A stretch of DNA of 64,000 nucleotides from Candidatus Hodarchaeota archaeon (GCA_048886685.1 JBHLKM010000017.1:1-64000); one strand, 5' to 3'; shown: positions 18,256-28,689, numbered from the stretch's first letter. Translations and numbers: made by a program. The notes: a model not told the origin generated them from the sequence alone.

Positions 18256-19878
18256 ATGTCAGATTCTCAAATTAAATATATTTTAGCAATAGATCATGGT
18301 ACAGGAGGTCCTAAATCTGCAATTGCTACTACAAGAGGCGATGTTGTAGAATGGGCTTTTCAAGAAACTCCGATTCATGCTATTAAAGGGGGTGCCGTAG
18401 AACAAAACCCAGATGATTGGTGGAATGCAATTAAAAATACAGCTAAAAAGGTGATTGAAAAAAGTGGAGTTAAAACTGAGAATATAGTAGGGGTATGTAA
18501 CACTAGTCAATGGAGTGGCACAGTAGCATTAGATAAAGATGGTAATCATCTAATGAACTCAATTATTTGGATGGATACCCGTGGAGCTAAACATTTAGAA
18601 AAAATCAATAAAGGATTAATAAAGGTCTCAGGATATAATTTAAGAAAAATTTTAAGTCTTTTAAAGAGAACTGCAGGAGGTCCAGCTTCACATGGGAAGG
18701 ATTCAATTGCCCACATTTTAGTTATTAAAAATGAATTCCCAGATATTTACGAGAAAACACATATGTTCTTAGAACCTCACGATTATGTAAATATGAAATT
18801 AACAGGAAAGTTTGCAGCATCTACAGCCTCCATCCATCTTCATTGGATTACAGATACGAGAAATTTAAACAACATTTACTATTCTAAGAAACTTCTGAGG
18901 ATGTTTAAAGTTGATAAGACTAAATTTCCGGAATTAAAGAATTGTACTGATATTTTAGGCCCACTTAAAAAAGAAGTAGCTGATGAATTAGGATTAGAAA
19001 AAGATACAAGGGTGGTCATGGGTGCTCCAGATATACATTCTGCAACCATTGGTTCTGGTGCTGTAAATGATTATGAAGCTCACATATATATTGGCACAAG
19101 CGATTGGATTTTTACTCACATTCCCTATAAAAAAACAGATATAATACATAATTTAGGTAGTATACCTTCTGCGATACCAGGAAGATATCTTGTGGGAAAC
19201 GAGCAAAATATAGCTGGAGGTTCTTTATCTTTTCTTAGAGATAAGATTCTCTATCATAAAGATGAATTATTAAAAGAAGAAGCTGTACCTGATGTTTATA
19301 AAATATTTGATCAAATAGCAGAAAAAGTTCCTGCTGGATCAAATAACCTAATTTATACTCCTTGGCTCATAGGTGAACGATCACCCGTGGATGACCCAAC
19401 TATTCGAGGAGGTTTATATAATTTATCTTTTGAAATGTCAAGAGAACATATAATTCGAGCGATATTCGAAGGGGTTGCGTATAATGTTAAATGGTTGTTA
19501 TCTGTTATCGAGAAATTTATAAGAAAATGGGTAATAAAAGAACTCGGGAGGCCAAAAAATAGTACAATTATCCCTGAACTAAACATAATAGGGGGGGGTG
19601 CTCAAAGTGATATTTGGTGTCAAATTTTTGCAGACATTCTTGATAGAAAAATTAAACAAGTGGCAGATCCGATTCAAGCTAATGCACGTGGTGCTGCTTA
19701 TATCGCTTCAGTGGGTTTAGGATATCTTAAATGGGATGAAATCCAAAGATGTTGTGAGATTTCAAAAGAATATACGCCAAATCCAGAAAATAGGAAAATC
19801 TATGATAAACTCTTTGTTGAATATGTAAATATATATAAGGTTATTAATAAAACGTACAAAAGATTGAACAAAAGATAA
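18256..19878 (+). CDS. FGGY-family carbohydrate kinase (xylulokinase-like)
   Basis: ILAIDHGTGGPK, EQNPDDWW, IIWMDTR, PWLIGERSP, RAIFEGVAY, GGGAQSDIWCQIFAD. Confidence 0.92.
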   Translation: MSDSQIKYILAIDHGTGGPKSAIATTRGDVVEWAFQETPIHAIKGGAVEQNPDDWWNAIKNTAKKVIEKSGVKTENIVGVCNTSQWSGTVALDKDGNHLMNSIIWMDTRGAKHLEKINKGLIKVSGYNLRKILSLLKRTAGGPASHGKDSIAHILVIKNEFPDIYEKTHMFLEPHDYVNMKLTGKFAASTASIHLHWITDTRNLNNIYYSKKLLRMFKVDKTKFPELKNCTDILGPLKKEVADELGLEKDTRVVMGAPDIHSATIGSGAVNDYEAHIYIGTSDWIFTHIPYKKTDIIHNLGSIPSAIPGRYLVGNEQNIAGGSLSFLRDKILYHKDELLKEEAVPDVYKIFDQIAEKVPAGSNNLIYTPWLIGERSPVDDPTIRGGLYNLSFEMSREHIIRAIFEGVAYNVKWLLSVIEKFIRKWVIKELGRPKNSTIIPELNIIGGGAQSDIWCQIFADILDRKIKQVADPIQANARGAAYIASVGLGYLKWDEIQRCCEISKEYTPNPENRKIYDKLFVEYVNIYKVINKTYKRLNKR

Positions 19879-19949
19879 TTCTAAATTTTTTTTTGAACTT
19901 TCTTTGTGTATTAAAAAAAAAATCGATTATTCAAAGAATTTTGAATAAC

Positions 19950-21071
19950 TTATTTAATATTACCCGCAGCCTTTTTTAATAATGATTCTGCGTCTGAGAC
20001 AATATTGTTGATAATATCTGAAACGCTCTCAATACGATCAACCACTCCAATACTTTGCCCGAGAAGCACTGCACCTGAATTTACATCCCCTCTATAAGCT
20101 GCAAGATATGCATTAGACGATTCAATGAGCTCTTTTATATAATCTTCACGAGACATACTTCTAAGTCTCTCTTCTTCAGCCATCTTCGCTTCTTTATCTG
20201 TTACTAGTCCATGATGTAGACTATATTCATTCTTCCACAAACGAATTGGTCCCAACGCACCAGTGACTAAGATTGTATCTTGAGCTTTTGCTGGGGGGAC
20301 AACATTTTTGTAATTCTCGTGAAATTCAGCATCTTTACTTGCGATGAAACGCGAACCCATAGCAATACCACCTGCACCCATGGCTAGTGCAGCAGCTAAA
20401 CCAGCACCGTTTGCAAATCCTCCACATGCAATTATTGGAAACTCAGGATATTTTTGATGAACTTGTTGGAGTAGCACGAGAGTACTCACTTTTTCATAAG
20501 ATTGATGACCTCCACCCTCACCGCCTGTTACCACCATACCATCAACTCCCGAAGCAACACATTTATCTGCTAACCATAAGGCTGGAGCTACATGAAAATG
20601 TTTAATTTCAGATCTCTTTTTTAATTCCTGAAATGTCTTACTAGCTGGTAATATTTTAGAGGATCCCGCACTTGTAAGTGCATAAATACACTGATCTCTA
20701 ATTCTCTGGTTCTCCATTATAAATTTCGGGATTTCTGTGCACAATTTTGGTGCCTGAATTTCATTTCTTGAGGTTCTTATGTTAAAACCAAAAGGTTTAT
20801 CTGTATGTTCTACTACAAATTCCATATTATTTTTCATTGCTTTTACAACATCAATACCTAACCTAGTCCTAGTTGTAGTATCAATATCAATATTTGTAGT
20901 TTCGGTTCCAATATCAGTTCCTCGTTCTATTGATGTATGAGATAACACACCTAAACCCCCTGCTTCACTAACAGCAACACATAGGTCTGTGGTATAAAAA
21001 GGACCCATTGCTGCTGAAAAAATTGGATGTTTAATTCCAAACATTTTTGTAATATTTGTTTCTATTGTCAT
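19950..21071 (-). CDS. Nitronate monooxygenase / FabK-like FMN oxidoreductase
   Basis: GIKHPIFSAAM, AVSEAGGLGVL, GGEGGGH, IIACGG, MGSRF, GQSIG. Confidence 0.9.
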   Translation of the reverse strand: MTIETNITKMFGIKHPIFSAAMGPFYTTDLCVAVSEAGGLGVLSHTSIERGTDIGTETTNIDIDTTTRTRLGIDVVKAMKNNMEFVVEHTDKPFGFNIRTSRNEIQAPKLCTEIPKFIMENQRIRDQCIYALTSAGSSKILPASKTFQELKKRSEIKHFHVAPALWLADKCVASGVDGMVVTGGEGGGHQSYEKVSTLVLLQQVHQKYPEFPIIACGGFANGAGLAAALAMGAGGIAMGSRFIASKDAEFHENYKNVVPPAKAQDTILVTGALGPIRLWKNEYSLHHGLVTDKEAKMAEEERLRSMSREDYIKELIESSNAYLAAYRGDVNSGAVLLGQSIGVVDRIESVSDIINNIVSDAESLLKKAAGNIK

Positions 21072-21247
21072 AAAACCACATTTTTTTTATTTGAATTTTT
21101 ATTTTTAATTTGGATTTAAATTTTGATCTTTATAACCTTTACTATTCTATTATAATGTTTTTGGCTAAATAAGTTTTAAAACTTACCTTTATTTTCCTAT
21201 TTAGAATTAATTTATATATTTCTCATAGAAAAAATTAATAATTAGAA

Positions 21248-22735
21248 ATGTCGACTCATTTTTTACATGATTTTTTAACTCCTAAAAGCATTGCAATATA
21301 TGGTGCCAATAATACATTTGGAACCACAATGGGTACGATGCTATTAATTCGAATAATTAATTCCAATTTCAAAGGTAAAATTTTTCCTATACATCTTAAA
21401 TTGGATACAGTTTTAGGGTATAAAGCTTATAAGTCTATAGCTGAAGTCCCGGAAGTGCCTGATCTTGTGATGATAGTATTACCACCAAAAGTTGTTCCTC
21501 AGGTTTTTAAAGAATGTGGAGAAAAGGGTGTTAAAAAAATTATATTAATCTCCGGCGGTTTTAGAGAACTTATTGGAGATCGTAAAAATACACTAACAGA
21601 AGAAATTGTTGAAATTGCAAATTCTTATGGAATGAGATTTACTGGTCCTAATTGTTTAGGGGCTTACAATAGTTGGATATATCCTGATGGCGAAGGGAAA
21701 TTTAATACGATGATGTGGAGAGAACAATCTAAACGAAGCAAATTTTCAATGGCTTCTCAAAGTGGTACGTTGGCAAGTCAATTATGGTTGGATTCTGATT
21801 ATCCTGATTTTAATGTTGGTAAAGCAGTTTCTGTAGGTAATGAAGCAAACATAGATTTAGTAGATTTTTTAGAATATTTTAAAGATGATATGGAAACAGA
21901 TGTAATTGGTTTATATATTGAAGAAATTAAAAGAGGAACGCAATTTATACAATTAGCAAAAGAAATTACTAAAACCAAACCTATTATTGCCATATACGGG
22001 GGAGGATCTAAAGCAGGTAATCGTGCCATCAAAAGTCATACAGGCTCAATTGCTGGAAATATGAACATTTTTGATGCTATGATTAGAGAAACAGGGATTA
22101 TCAAAACTGATTATGTCGAAGAATTTTTAGATATTTGTTCTATGCTATTGACACCAAATTTCCCATATCCTAAAGGTAAACGTGTTGGAATAATAACTTT
22201 TGCAGGAGGGCCAGGAGCACTTATTGCAAATAATGCAGAAAGGAAGGGATTAATTGTACCCGAATTTTCTAAATCGCTTCAATCAAAATTTAAAAGTATG
22301 TTACCTCATACGGCAAGTTGGAGCAATCCAATTGATATTACCTTTGATATGAATATTTTTAATCTGTACATAAATTTCCCAAAAATGCTTATGAAATCTG
22401 GAGAGATTGATATAATTATAATATATGGGGCTATGGGTTTTCGAAGCATGACACCTTTCGAGCAAGAAAACAATAGAATATCCCAACATCTAGAAATGAG
22501 AGAAGACATGAGAGATAGGATTGATGATATGGAAAAAATGGTAATTACACCTACGCTAAAAAAATCTCAAAAATATTCAATTCCGGTTATCTACATAAAT
22601 CCTCATAGTTATACTGATCCATGGTCACAAAAAATAAGAGAGCTAGGAGGAATAGTATTTCAGTTTTGGGATCGTCCAGTCAACTGTTTAGAAAAAATTT
22701 GTAATTATGCTGAATATCGAAGAAAAAATTATTAA
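21248..22735 (+). CDS. Acyl-CoA synthetase (NDP-forming), alpha subunit
   Basis: PKSIAIYGA, GPNCLG, SQSG, SVGNEA, SHTGSIAG (phospho-His), NPID. Confidence 0.9.
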   Translation: MSTHFLHDFLTPKSIAIYGANNTFGTTMGTMLLIRIINSNFKGKIFPIHLKLDTVLGYKAYKSIAEVPEVPDLVMIVLPPKVVPQVFKECGEKGVKKIILISGGFRELIGDRKNTLTEEIVEIANSYGMRFTGPNCLGAYNSWIYPDGEGKFNTMMWREQSKRSKFSMASQSGTLASQLWLDSDYPDFNVGKAVSVGNEANIDLVDFLEYFKDDMETDVIGLYIEEIKRGTQFIQLAKEITKTKPIIAIYGGGSKAGNRAIKSHTGSIAGNMNIFDAMIRETGIIKTDYVEEFLDICSMLLTPNFPYPKGKRVGIITFAGGPGALIANNAERKGLIVPEFSKSLQSKFKSMLPHTASWSNPIDITFDMNIFNLYINFPKMLMKSGEIDIIIIYGAMGFRSMTPFEQENNRISQHLEMREDMRDRIDDMEKMVITPTLKKSQKYSIPVIYINPHSYTDPWSQKIRELGGIVFQFWDRPVNCLEKICNYAEYRRKNY

Positions 22736-22761
22736 AAAAAAATTAAAAAAAAATGTATTCT

Positions 22762-23292
22762 TTATCTATTTTCTTCTTTCTCATGATGGAGCATTAAAAC
22801 GATCCCTAATACTAACATCGCAGAATCATCATCTAAATCAGGAGACATTTGTACACCATAGGTTCCCTTGATTAAACTTTTAAATAATTTTTTATGGATT
22901 TCTGCAACTACTTTATTATCCTTTAAAATCTTGAATTTCAATGCGAAAATATTTCCTTTCATTGTAAAAACTTTATTTTCATTTGGATCTTCAAACCAAT
23001 AACTTGGTTTAACAGACACAAGTTTCCTTTTCAATTTGCCTATGTATTTATCATCATCTTCTTCACCACCTTTGTAGAATTTATAGGTGGATCGCATTGA
23101 AACTATTTTTTCATGAACTGTTAGTACCGGAGTTTCTTCAAGATCTCTTATTCTGTAAGTGTTACCAATCTTTATTACTTTACCTGCGAATGTTCCAATT
23201 GTTTCTTTATCTAGATTCATTATTTTGCCTTTATCCTTTAAAGAGATCATTTTTTCTTGAAGCATAAAATCTCTAGTTTTCAATAGTGACAT
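22762..23292 (-). CDS. LURP-one-related / scramblase (Tubby C-terminal-like) protein
   Basis: Repeated beta-hairpins, KGNIFALKFKI, TYGVQM, C-terminal hydrophobic helix LVLGIVLML. Confidence 0.8.
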   Translation of the reverse strand: MSLLKTRDFMLQEKMISLKDKGKIMNLDKETIGTFAGKVIKIGNTYRIRDLEETPVLTVHEKIVSMRSTYKFYKGGEEDDDKYIGKLKRKLVSVKPSYWFEDPNENKVFTMKGNIFALKFKILKDNKVVAEIHKKLFKSLIKGTYGVQMSPDLDDDSAMLVLGIVLMLHHEKEENR

Positions 23293-23518
23293 TTTTTTAG
23301 AATTGTTTTTTTCAATTTATATTTTAGTTTAATTTAGACCCTAGTATAATTTTCAAACTTTCTATATAATGGGCTCTAATGTTACAAACTTAGTAAGCCT
23401 ATAAAAATTTTTTTGATATCTGCTTTTGAAGCCTTTTCTAGTAGAACAACATTTAGATAAATTAAAAATTAAATATTGAATATAATAAAACAAAACTTAA
23501 AAAAAAATATAGTGTATA

Positions 23519-23890
23519 ATGGTCTTACTTTATAATTCCGAAGGATACTTCTGTGAAGGAGAAGTGGGAAAGAAATGGCAATTTGAAATGACATATGGAA
23601 GGATTTTATTAACAGAACTGGAATTATCATTTATTAAAAAATCAAATATAAGTTTAACAGAAATAGGAAGTTCTGTCGATGATTTCCATAAAGACTATGA
23701 AATCCCTCTTTCAAAAATTAAGAAAGCCTACAGTATTAAACAAGGAAAAATCTATACTGTAAAAGTTGAAACGCGAGATAATTATTTGTTTTCTATTACA
23801 TTGGCGAATGAAAAGAGTTTTGGTAAGAATAAAAGTATAGAATTAAGTGAGCTGATAAATGATACTATTCTAAACAGTTCAAAAAAATAA
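23519..23890 (+). CDS. PH/GRAM-like domain protein
   Basis: GRILLTELELSF...YEIPLSKIKKA pattern with a C-terminal helix. Confidence 0.55.
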   Translation: MVLLYNSEGYFCEGEVGKKWQFEMTYGRILLTELELSFIKKSNISLTEIGSSVDDFHKDYEIPLSKIKKAYSIKQGKIYTVKVETRDNYLFSITLANEKSFGKNKSIELSELINDTILNSSKK

Positions 23891-23924
23891 AAAGTTAAAA
23901 AAAATAAGAAAAAAATGAAAAAAT

Positions 23925-25778
23925 TTAGCCTTTTATCGGTTTTCCTTGATTAAGTTTATCAATATCCTTTTCTTGGAGTTCACGTCTCTGAACCTTGCCA
24001 GTCATACTAACAGGCATCTTTCGAACGACTTCTATTAATCGTGGGGTTTTCCATTTTGCCATATTCTCCAAAGCCCATTGTTTAATGTCCTCAATAGTTA
24101 CATTTTTATCGATCTTAAATCCTTTCTTTAATGTGATCCAAGCCTTAACCTTTTCACCAGTCGTTTCATCTGGTAAGCCTGCTACTGCAACTTCATCAAT
24201 TGCTTCGTGAAGCCCTAGCAATTCTTCAACTTCTTTTGGAAACACAGAATGACCAGATACTTTTATAAGTGATTTTTTACGGTCTCGAATCTCAACAAAT
24301 CCATGCTCATCCATAAAACCAATATCACCAGTTAAAAGCCATCTTCTTCCATTCCACATTTTCAAATTATCTTCTTGGTCTTTTTGAACTCCTAAATATC
24401 CCATCATTACATGGGGTCCTGCGATACAAATTTCACCAGTGTTTTCGACACCAAATCCTCCTCTCTCTTTTGTTCCATCAGCAATAGGACCTGCTTCAAA
24501 ATTATCAGAAGGAAAGATAGCCCAATCTGCTCCAGGCATCGGTAATCCTAATTTTCCCGTCTTATTTGGCCCCCAGAAAGGCGCTACACTATGAATAGGC
24601 GAAGTTTCTGTTAAGCCATACCCCACTCGTATAGGACAAAAGATCTCCTCAAATGGTTCACGGACGTAATCGTGAAGGGGTCCTGCCCCACTTGTACAAT
24701 ATTTGAGCTTCTTCCAGAAATCATACTTCTCCTTAAATGTTTCAACCCCCATGTTTTCAACAAATTCAGTTAACCTTTTAAACAGCATTTCTACCCCCAC
24801 ATAGATAATTCCTTCTGAGGCCTCTAACTTATTTATTGTATCGCATAAAACATCTTCCGTTGGAGGCCTTGGGAAGAGCAACATTTGCATACCTAAAGAA
24901 AGTGCTCCATTCATAACACATGTCATTCCAAAGCTATGGAAAAATGGGATGCTCCCAATTGTAATCATCCCAGGGTTCAATTTGACCCATTCTTTAACCA
25001 TATAGATGTTAGCAACTAAATTCGCATGAGTAAGCATTGCTACCTTAGGTAAACCTGTGGTACCTCCAGTCATAAGATAAACTGCGGGTGTTGTCCATGG
25101 GTCTATTTCAACTTTTATTTCTTTAGGTTCTGTGTTTTTTATTATCTCATCCATCCAATACACTTTGTAATGGTCTGTTTCTGCAGGTAACTTATCTCTG
25201 GCGTTAGGAATTCCTAGACTTTGAATCGTTTCTTCATCTGCAGTTAGAAAATCAACAAAGTTCGTAGGGATAACGTGTTTTACACTTGTTTTTGGGAGTA
25301 TATCTTTAGGACCTGCGATATAGAGCATATCCATCATGACGAATACCTTCGCATTCGTCATTGTCAAGGAGTGTAAAAGCTCCATTGGTCGATAGGTAGG
25401 ATTAATTCCTTGAGTGATTGCTCCAATATATTGACAACCCATATATGCAACCACAAAATTTATAGAATTAGGCAGATCAATTGCTACAACGTCACCTTGT
25501 CTAATTCCTAAATTGTCATACAGAAAAGTTCCAAACCTTTTGGCATATTCAAAAAGAGTTTTTAGTTTTACACGTTCTATATATGGTCCATATACAAAGA
25601 CACAAATATCATAATCTATAGTTCCATAATAATCAGCTGCATGCAAATATCCCTCCCACATTGGGGAAATTTCAACTCCATCAACGTCTTTTACTTGCTT
25701 TGGAACACCTTCTGGCCAATAGCCTTCTGTAAACCATACTTTATTCTCGTCAACTATAAAATCATCTAAACTTGGCAT
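23925..25778 (-). CDS. Long-chain acyl-CoA synthetase (AMP-forming, FadD-like)
   Basis: MTGGTTGLPK, PFFHSFG, GYGLTETSP, TGDIG, DRKKSLIKVSG, TGKV. Confidence 0.93.
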   Translation of the reverse strand: MPSLDDFIVDENKVWFTEGYWPEGVPKQVKDVDGVEISPMWEGYLHAADYYGTIDYDICVFVYGPYIERVKLKTLFEYAKRFGTFLYDNLGIRQGDVVAIDLPNSINFVVAYMGCQYIGAITQGINPTYRPMELLHSLTMTNAKVFVMMDMLYIAGPKDILPKTSVKHVIPTNFVDFLTADEETIQSLGIPNARDKLPAETDHYKVYWMDEIIKNTEPKEIKVEIDPWTTPAVYLMTGGTTGLPKVAMLTHANLVANIYMVKEWVKLNPGMITIGSIPFFHSFGMTCVMNGALSLGMQMLLFPRPPTEDVLCDTINKLEASEGIIYVGVEMLFKRLTEFVENMGVETFKEKYDFWKKLKYCTSGAGPLHDYVREPFEEIFCPIRVGYGLTETSPIHSVAPFWGPNKTGKLGLPMPGADWAIFPSDNFEAGPIADGTKERGGFGVENTGEICIAGPHVMMGYLGVQKDQEDNLKMWNGRRWLLTGDIGFMDEHGFVEIRDRKKSLIKVSGHSVFPKEVEELLGLHEAIDEVAVAGLPDETTGEKVKAWITLKKGFKIDKNVTIEDIKQWALENMAKWKTPRLIEVVRKMPVSMTGKVQRRELQEKDIDKLNQGKPIKG

Positions 25779-25929
25779 TATATTTCACTTCTTAATCGAA
25801 TTCTTTTTCTTTGTTTTTAATTTTAGATAAATTTGTTATGAGTATATTATGATTGATTTACTATAATATAATAATTTAACTTGATTTGCTAATAGTTCGT
25901 GTCAATACAATTTACATTTTTGATATAAA

Positions 25930-26058
25930 TTAGATAATAAGAAAATTATTTCTTAATATTTGTTTTTCTAATACATTTTCTTCTTTTATCTCTTCAACTC
26001 CTTCTTGTTCAAATTCTACTTCTACTAGATATTTACTTTTTTGAACCTTTTCACTCAT
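25930..26058 (-). CDS. Possible 42-aa acidic small protein upstream of the acyl-CoA synthetase
   Basis: Hand translation MSEKVQKSKYLVEVEFEQEGVEEIKEENVLEKQILRNNFLII*; GAA-rich, coding-like composition. Confidence 0.4.
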   Translation of the reverse strand: MSEKVQKSKYLVEVEFEQEGVEEIKEENVLEKQILRNNFLII

Positions 26059-26201
26059 TTTAAACACGTAATTGACACTATAAATATTATTCTAAAGTTT
26101 AGAAATTCTAAATAATTAGTACTGATTTAAAATTTACCAATACCATTCATCTTTATGATATTTTAATTGATAAACCTTAAATACCCTCTCATGTTTTTTC
26201 A

Positions 26202-26237
26202 TTTTACCGGTAAAAGTCAGACAAAAATTACCGGTAA
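26202..26237. promoter_or_regulatory. Tandem palindromic operator-like sites
   Basis: TTTTACCGGTAAAA (26202-26215, perfect 14-bp palindrome) and TTACCGGTAA (26228-26237); centres 24 bp apart in a divergent intergenic region. Confidence 0.6.
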
Positions 26238-26393
26238 GCAAAAAAATGAAAAAAAGCTTGTAGACTCAATCTATATGGTTTACGACAGTTTAGTAATATT
26301 AATCCAGTACTTAATAATTAATTCTTTTTAAATTGATGGTTAATTAACAAGAATAGTATTATTCACAAGTCAAAATGGTAACAAGAAAAACTT

Positions 26394-27251
26394 ATGAAAT
26401 TCAAAAAAAAACTTTCTGAGATGTTAAATGGTACGCTAACAGAGGGAGAACTCTCACTTCTTCCAAGAGGTTTTCAAACTTTAGGAAATGTGATTATCCT
26501 AAAACTAAATCCAAAGCTAGTTAATAGAAAAGAAGCTATTGGTAAAGCTTACTTAGATTTACTTCCTAATATAAGATCGGTTTACCTAAATACTGGACGG
26601 ATTATAGGCACCTTTAGAGAACCGGAAAACATTGAATTTTTGGTAGGAATAGATGATCCAGTTATCGAGCATAAAGAACACGGTATAAAATATCGATTTG
26701 ATATTACAAAAATCATGTTTAGTAAGGGGAATATTAATGAAAGGAAATTCTTATCATCATTAGTTAAAAAAGGAGAAGTAGTCGTCGATATGTTTGCAGG
26801 TATCGGTTATTTTTCATTACCTATTGGAAAGCATTCTCAAGCTCAAAAGATATATAGTATTGAGCTTAATCCTGATTCTTATAATTCTCTTATTGAGAAC
26901 ATTAAAATTAATCATTTAGAAGAGAAAGTTATACCAATTAAAGGAGATTGTAAAGAAGAAGTGTTAAAGCTCAGTGATGCAGGTATTCACGCAGACCGTA
27001 TAATTATGGGTGTTTTTCCCGCACCTATAGAATATGTAAAAGAAGCATTAACATTAACTAAAAAGGAAGGTTGTATGTATCATTTTGAAGGTGTAGTTAA
27101 GAAAGATAACTACATAAGTCTATTTAATGATTTCAATGAAGTTGCAGAGAAGGAACATTATAAATGTGAGTTGAAATCATATAGAATCGTAAAAAGCTAT
27201 GGTCCAAATTTATATCATATTGTTTTAGATATCTTTGTATTAAAAAATTAG
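26394..27251 (+). CDS. Trm5/Taw2 (Tyw2) family SAM-dependent tRNA-modifying enzyme
   Basis: HKEHGIKYRFD, MFSKGNINER, VVDMFAGIGYFSLP, ELNP, ADRIIMG, VKSYGP. Confidence 0.88.
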   Translation: MKFKKKLSEMLNGTLTEGELSLLPRGFQTLGNVIILKLNPKLVNRKEAIGKAYLDLLPNIRSVYLNTGRIIGTFREPENIEFLVGIDDPVIEHKEHGIKYRFDITKIMFSKGNINERKFLSSLVKKGEVVVDMFAGIGYFSLPIGKHSQAQKIYSIELNPDSYNSLIENIKINHLEEKVIPIKGDCKEEVLKLSDAGIHADRIIMGVFPAPIEYVKEALTLTKKEGCMYHFEGVVKKDNYISLFNDFNEVAEKEHYKCELKSYRIVKSYGPNLYHIVLDIFVLKN

Positions 27252-27351
27252 ATAATTTTATTTATGGAATAGGAGAAATATATCTTATAAGGGATACAAA
27301 AAGAGGAAATTTCTTTTTATTCAAATTCAATATATGAGGAAATGAACAACA

Positions 27352-28608
27352 TTGACAGGAGAAGTAATTATTGGTCTTGATTATAGTCATGGGAATATTT
27401 TAACACTAGAAGCCTCGAGTTTTGCTGAATTTACACAATTTTTATTCACTTCTGGTTATAAAATTGGTAAAATTGAATCGGGATTTAATTCTATTAGTCA
27501 ATTAAGAAAATATAGAATGATTATAATTTCGACACCAAAAAATACAAATTTAAAATCAAATGAAATTGAAAATCTAACAAAATACGTAAAAGGTGGAGGA
27601 AATCTTTTAATAACCAGCTCTAGTGGTGGAGATTATGGAAATAATACGAATTTGAATGAATTAACACGAAACTTTGGATTTGAGTTTATATCAGATGAAG
27701 TTAATGATTCAGTCAATTATATTCACCTTCAAAAAAGGCCATTAATAACCAATTTTAAACCTCATGTTATAACAGAACAAATACAAAAGATTGTCTTTTC
27801 TAGTTCATGCTCAATCAATATCTTAGATTTTCTTGATGATGAGAAGAATGTAAAAGTTGATGGCATAGTTATTTCTGGATTAAATTGTTGGCATAAGATT
27901 TTTGATGGAGAAGATTGGATTGAAGAAGATAGCCCTAGAATTCCATTATTAGTTGCCGTCGAATATTTTGCTGGAAAAGTTGTCGGATTCGGCAATTTAA
28001 GTATATTTTCTTCACTTGCTAGAGAATATGGATTTAGTGCTTTTGATAATGATATTTTAATTGCTAACATCCTCAGTTGGCTAACCGGAGCTATTGATTC
28101 TGAAGGAAAACCTGTAACAATTGAATTAAACTTAGATCTTTTCTATTGGGCAGAAAATGTAGTTAAGGAAGAGAAATGGGAAGGAGTATCAGATCTTATC
28201 AATGTTAGTCTAAAATATTTTAAAGATAACTATTCCAAAATCATTGAAGAAATAAAAAAGATAAGACAAGAGAAATTAGAAAAGAAAAGGGCATACGAAA
28301 AAGCAAAAAAAGAAGTCGAAGAAGAAATAACTGAAGAACAAGTTCTTGAAAAAGTTCCTGTAGTGGAAAGAAAAAAAGAAGATCTTCAAGAAATAATAAC
28401 AGCAATAGAAGAGGTTACAGGAGAACACTATGAAATTTCAATAGATTTAGAGGGGGAGGAAGAATTAGAATATACACCAGGTTTAGTGAATTATACAAAT
28501 GAAGATTTAGTAGAATTTGAGAAATTATATCCAAATAAAAAAGCAGTATGGCATGGTAAAGCTACCATAGCATTTAAAGAATGGTTAAATACTAAAGATG
28601 ATAGGTAA
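27352..28608 (+). CDS. GIFT (IFT52/GldG-like) domain protein with an RHH-like segment and acidic tail
   Basis: IGLDYSHGN...IIISTP...EIENLTKYVKGGGNLLI...GGD...NLNELTRNFGFEF..D is a GIFT-type pattern; no signal peptide; then VTIELNLDLFYWAENVVKEEKWEGVSDLINVSLKYF. Confidence 0.65.
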   Translation: MTGEVIIGLDYSHGNILTLEASSFAEFTQFLFTSGYKIGKIESGFNSISQLRKYRMIIISTPKNTNLKSNEIENLTKYVKGGGNLLITSSSGGDYGNNTNLNELTRNFGFEFISDEVNDSVNYIHLQKRPLITNFKPHVITEQIQKIVFSSSCSINILDFLDDEKNVKVDGIVISGLNCWHKIFDGEDWIEEDSPRIPLLVAVEYFAGKVVGFGNLSIFSSLAREYGFSAFDNDILIANILSWLTGAIDSEGKPVTIELNLDLFYWAENVVKEEKWEGVSDLINVSLKYFKDNYSKIIEEIKKIRQEKLEKKRAYEKAKKEVEEEITEEQVLEKVPVVERKKEDLQEIITAIEEVTGEHYEISIDLEGEEELEYTPGLVNYTNEDLVEFEKLYPNKKAVWHGKATIAFKEWLNTKDDR

Positions 28609-28689
28609 AGTAATGAGTCCTTATTCTTCTTTATTCGAAAAATAGAAATTGAATCCAGTATTGTACTATCTAGAAATTTTTTTTTAATT

